Shown here in pieces: positions 34,932 to 38,358 of a DNA stretch of 38,358 nucleotides. The DNA is from Bdellovibrio sp. (GTDB lineage: Bacteria; Bdellovibrionota; Bdellovibrionia; Bdellovibrionales; Bdellovibrionaceae). Under the pieces are notes generated by a model. That model saw only the letters and a list, made by a program, of their open reading frames with translations, had not been told where the DNA came from and made no database searches. Within the stretch, counting starts at the first letter, position 1; the number at the start of each line of letters is the position of its first letter. The DNA is taken from positions 1-38,358 of the forward strand of contig JBKCUU010000088.1 of the NCBI GenBank assembly GCA_046318155.1. Reading direction: 5' to 3'. Both the position numbers and the translations under genes were made by a program.

Positions 34932-36007
34932 GGAGGCGAAGTATCAAAATCAACGAACAAAGTAAACTCGGACGACTGATTTTTGAATGCGGTCGACTCG
35001 AATATTTGCATGATGCCCTCGGGACCTAAGATTTCGTCGCCATCTTTGGCAATTTGCCGGGGGAGAGCCATATGAACCATCATTCCGTATTTGTTCGGAA
35101 TATCGAAGTTCATCGCGGGTGACGAGGTCTTACGCAAGTTGACGCCGTCTGGAGAGGGCTCTGGAAAAGATTTCAAGAGTTCGATCTCGCCCCGGATGCG
35201 CCCCTGCACGCTCGTGTCCAAAACAATCAGAGTTGTAATGCCAATCTCGTTATTGTCGGTAGTTTTCGTGCCGACGAACCATTGTTGCTGCAAATGCTTA
35301 GAATCAAAAGCTCGTGATACTTTTTGAAGGACGCGAACTCCTGATTTTCGCTCCAAGCGCTTAGCGACATCGAGGAGTGGGCCTGCTTTGAACTCACCAA
35401 AATCTGTAAATTGGCCCGAGCCTTGAGACTCCTCGGCCATTTGCTCGAGCGCTTGGCGGTTCACTTCGGCGTAGTAAATCACGGCGTTGACTGCGCGGTC
35501 TTTGCGAGCACCCACCGTGGTTGAGGCCGAATCGCCGGTGGGTGAGGGTGTTGCATTTTCGCTCTCGAGCGCACTTGCCAGCATTTTTGCAGGGACTGAG
35601 TTTGTCGGACCAGCAATGGAGGCGGAGCTTGCAGCGCCCTCTGGCGCGGGGACTGTCGCAGCTTCAGTCGGCGGTTGCCCCGTTTCAGCACTCGTGGGTT
35701 CGTCGGCGTTTGCCGAGGCTGCCACCACGGGAGATGCCGTAGCCGGATCACTTTGCTCGATGATCACCGGTCCACTGCGCAAAAGCTGGGCTCGGTTTGC
35801 GACCTCGTCTCTTTGGCCCTTCCGGATGTAGGTGACGGAGCCCGCAACAACAGAAAGTGTGAGGGCAATCAGAAAGACGGGGTTGACCATAATCTGATTC
35901 CAAAGCGGCGGAGCCGCTGGTCGATACGATAGCATGTCGACACCACAGCTGGCGCAATACTGATCTTTCGGTTGTGAAAACCCGCACTTGGGACAATTGA
36001 TAAGCAT
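34928..36007 (-). CDS. Zinc-ribbon single-pass membrane protein with low-complexity linker and periplasmic domain
   Basis: CPKCG...CASCG, TM VFLIALTLSVVAGSVTYI, Ala/Ser/Pro/Thr linker. Confidence 0.8.
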   Translation of the reverse strand: MLINCPKCGFSQPKDQYCASCGVDMLSYRPAAPPLWNQIMVNPVFLIALTLSVVAGSVTYIRKGQRDEVANRAQLLRSGPVIIEQSDPATASPVVAASANADEPTSAETGQPPTEAATVPAPEGAASSASIAGPTNSVPAKMLASALESENATPSPTGDSASTTVGARKDRAVNAVIYYAEVNRQALEQMAEESQGSGQFTDFGEFKAGPLLDVAKRLERKSGVRVLQKVSRAFDSKHLQQQWFVGTKTTDNNEIGITTLIVLDTSVQGRIRGEIELLKSFPEPSPDGVNLRKTSSPAMNFDIPNKYGMMVHMALPRQIAKDGDEILGPEGIMQIFESTAFKNQSSEFTLFVDFDTSPP

Positions 36008-36094
36008 GTTATTGATAGTAGCCTATATAATTTGTTTTCTCTCAAGGAGAAAGGCTTGACCCCCCAGAGGAACCCGAGCGAAGTTCCAAAAGCT

Positions 36095-37042
36095 ATGACA
36101 AAGGTCGAGAAAGAACTGCACATTCCGGTGATGCTCAAAGAGATTCTTGAGATCGCGGCGCCTGTTTTTGTAAAAGAGGCCGACCAGTTTCGGTATTTTG
36201 ATGGAACGTTGGGACGTGGTGGTCACTTGTCTGAAATTATGAATCTTGATTCGCGTATTCACGGCGTTGCCTTTGACCGTGATCCCGAGGCGCTCGAGTA
36301 TGTGTCGAACTTACGTGCGGATTGGATCGCGAACTCACGCTTAAAACTGGTGCATTCAAACTTTGCGGATTTTTCTCCTGAGCGCGAAGGCTTTTTTGAT
36401 TTTATGCTTTTAGATTTGGGCGTGAGTTCTCCGCAACTCGACGAAGGTCGACGTGGGTTTAGCTTCTATCATGAAGGTCCTTTGGACATGCGCATGGACC
36501 CCACTCAGGGTGACACGGCTGCCGATTTGATCGCCAATTACGACGAAGAAGATTTGACCACTTTGTTTCAAAAATACGGTGAAATCTCAAGACCCTACCG
36601 CGTCATCAGGGCCATCTTGAATGACCGCACGGATAAACCTTTTTTGACCACTCGGCAATTGGCGGGGCTGATTGAGCGGGTTGATGGATGGCAACGAAAA
36701 GGGTATCACCCGGCGACAAACTACTTCATGGCCCTTCGCTTAAAAGTGAACGAAGAACTCAATTCGACCGAGCGTTCGCTGCTTCCGTTGATCCACGGAC
36801 TTAAGCCGGGGGGGCGACTTGCAGTGCTGACCTTTCACTCGTTGGAAGATAGAATTGTTAAGAATCTCTTCAAGGATGAAGAAGAGCTGGGGTCTCCGTT
36901 GTTCAAGAAAGTGATTAAGCCCACCTGGGAAGAATCGCAGAAAAACTCGAGAGCCCGCAGCGCAAAACTCAGAGTTTTCGAGCGAGGGAACCACCGTGTC
37001 GATACAGCTCAAGGATTGGGCTCCATTAAAACCATTCGTTAG
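36095..37042 (+). CDS. rsmH: 16S rRNA m4C1402 methyltransferase (MraW)
   Basis: HIPVML, DGTLGRGGH, DLGVSSPQLD, GPLDMRM, FHSLEDRIVK and RARSAKLR motifs; start estimated. Confidence 0.97.
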   Translation: MTKVEKELHIPVMLKEILEIAAPVFVKEADQFRYFDGTLGRGGHLSEIMNLDSRIHGVAFDRDPEALEYVSNLRADWIANSRLKLVHSNFADFSPEREGFFDFMLLDLGVSSPQLDEGRRGFSFYHEGPLDMRMDPTQGDTAADLIANYDEEDLTTLFQKYGEISRPYRVIRAILNDRTDKPFLTTRQLAGLIERVDGWQRKGYHPATNYFMALRLKVNEELNSTERSLLPLIHGLKPGGRLAVLTFHSLEDRIVKNLFKDEEELGSPLFKKVIKPTWEESQKNSRARSAKLRVFERGNHRVDTAQGLGSIKTIR

Positions 37043-37325
37043 TGTCGTTTTCATTATCTCAACGCTTTTCTTTTTGGTTTTTCTCCAGATGGAAGAGCGC
37101 CGAATGGGTTATGAAATTCTAAAAGTGACCCGCGTTCAAAAGAAAATGATGGAAGAACGACGTATCAAAGAGATGCAGCTCGCCAAGCTGACGCGTCCTC
37201 AACAAGTTGAGCGCATGGCAACGTCAAAACTGACGCTCAGAAAAATTCAAGCCAGTCAAATTATTCACCTCTCGGGCGCACAGCCCTCGTTTCGCTCAGG
37301 ATCTGACCGCGGAGAAGTGAATTGA
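36996..37325 (+). CDS. ftsL: Cell division protein FtsL-like
   Basis: Single TM plus coiled coil plus LTRPQQVERMA...L; canonical position between rsmH and ftsI. Confidence 0.78.
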   Translation: MSIQLKDWAPLKPFVSVVFIISTLFFLVFLQMEERRMGYEILKVTRVQKKMMEERRIKEMQLAKLTRPQQVERMATSKLTLRKIQASQIIHLSGAQPSFRSGSDRGEVN

Positions 37326-38358
37326 AGTCTCGCGTTCTGCTTCTCTTCTGCGGGTTGATGATTCTATGGGCCGCCCTGGTTCTTCGCGCCGGTTGGTTGC
37401 AGATCATTCCTGATGAGCGAATGGCCGTGCTTCAAGAGCGCCAATTTCAAACTGTGATTACTTTGCAAAATCGGCGGGGTGCGATTGTTGATCGCAATGG
37501 CCGCGATTTGGCTCTTTCGATGACCGCGTTTTCGCTTTACGCTGATCCTAAAATTTTGTTGGGTAAAAAAAACCTTTCAAAGCGCTTAGGCAAGTCCTTG
37601 GGAATGAGTGCCGAAAGTATTGCAGCTAAACTCAAAGATAATCAGAAACGCTTTGTCTGGCTTGCTCGTTTATTGCCTCGGGAAAAGTACGATGAAATCA
37701 AGTCTTGGGATATTCGTGGCCTTTCTTTTGTCGAAGAATTCAAGCGTGTTTATCCCAACGAAAATTTACTGGCCTCAACCCTCGGATTTGTTGGCGGTGA
37801 AGGACAGGGGCTTGAGGGCCTTGAACTTGCGTATGATAAGGTGCTTCGCGGTGATAAGAAAAAAGTGATTGCTCGCCGTGATGCCAGGGGTCGCCCGCTG
37901 GTTGGTCAAGGGATGATGTTTGCCGAAAACATCGAAGGTTCAGAAATTCGTCTGACGGTAGATGCTGAAGTTCAGCACGTTCTTGAAAATGAAATTGAAA
38001 AAGCGGTGAATGAATTTGGCGCCGAGCAGGCATTCGGTGTTATCTTGCACGCCAAAACTTCGGCGATCGTGGCGATGGCGAACACGCCGACATTTGATGC
38101 GAACCGCGCGATAAAAGTCGCCAATGAGCTTCGACGAAACCGCGTTGTCACGGATACCTTTGAGCCTGGATCGGTTCTGAAAACCATTGCGATTGCCGCC
38201 GCTCTTCGCGAGAAAAAAATTGCTCCCAATACGCGTATTGATACCGAAAATGGAAAGTTCATCGTCGGTGACCGCATTATTCGCGAAGCCGAGACCACAC
38301 ACCGCTGGAAAAATCTGACGGTCAGTGAAGTTTTGGCTTATTCATCCAACATCGGAAC
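37322..38358 (+). CDS. ftsI: Class B penicillin-binding protein FtsI/PBP3, 3'-truncated by the window (absent from the ORF track)
   Basis: Read manually from TTG 37322: MKSRVLLLFCG...RGAIVDRNG...KRVYP...GLEGLE...FEPGSVLK (SxxK)...SSNIG (SxN). Confidence 0.93.
   Translation, partial: MKSRVLLLFCGLMILWAALVLRAGWLQIIPDERMAVLQERQFQTVITLQNRRGAIVDRNGRDLALSMTAFSLYADPKILLGKKNLSKRLGKSLGMSAESIAAKLKDNQKRFVWLARLLPREKYDEIKSWDIRGLSFVEEFKRVYPNENLLASTLGFVGGEGQGLEGLELAYDKVLRGDKKKVIARRDARGRPLVGQGMMFAENIEGSEIRLTVDAEVQHVLENEIEKAVNEFGAEQAFGVILHAKTSAIVAMANTPTFDANRAIKVANELRRNRVVTDTFEPGSVLKTIAIAAALREKKIAPNTRIDTENGKFIVGDRIIREAETTHRWKNLTVSEVLAYSSNIG

Noticed and set aside
37608..38302. Short ORFs listed at the right end
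   Set aside because: They are shadows of ftsI, which runs off the window and so is missing from the ORF track.
1..38358. Mobile elements, prophage, tRNA or rRNA genes
   Set aside because: No integrase, transposase or phage motifs, terminal repeats or cloverleaf-like sequences were seen, and intergenic spaces are short; a tRNAscan/Rfam run would be needed to exclude small RNAs.

Overview
Gene-dense bacterial chromosome segment of roughly 50% GC. Gene content and protein style point to a Bdellovibrionota (Bdellovibrio-like) predator; this is inference, no search was run. From left to right: the C-terminus of a Met/Gly/Gln low-complexity protein; an orphan Flp/Tad pilin cassette; a histone-H1-like-tailed protein; folD-phytase-like-rlmI; a four-gene secreted operon (redoxin, YtkA-like lipoprotein, CC-tipped beta-barrel, YtkA-like protein); a long minus-strand run (hypothetical, RluB-type synthase, broken EamA, hypothetical, prmA, rsmE, RDD, rfaE2); a trypsin-like protease; dsbD; a stand-alone motAB; a TorF-type porin; a DEDDh-WYL exonuclease; an LspA-HAMP fusion behind a REC-GGDEF cyclase; dacB plus lytic transglycosylase; an M14 carboxypeptidase; hpt and an upp-like gene; and the start of the dcw cluster (rsmH-ftsL-ftsI, no adjacent mraZ). 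No rRNA, tRNA, CRISPR array, integrase or transposase was recognised. The best candidates for undescribed biology are the putative envelope copper/thiol-handling operon (9162-11534), the LspA-HAMP/diguanylate cyclase pair, a recurring leaderless TAnnnT-N6-7-ATG architecture, the MotB with a degenerate peptidoglycan-binding domain, and the overlapped pilin cassette. All functional novelty claims are hypotheses.
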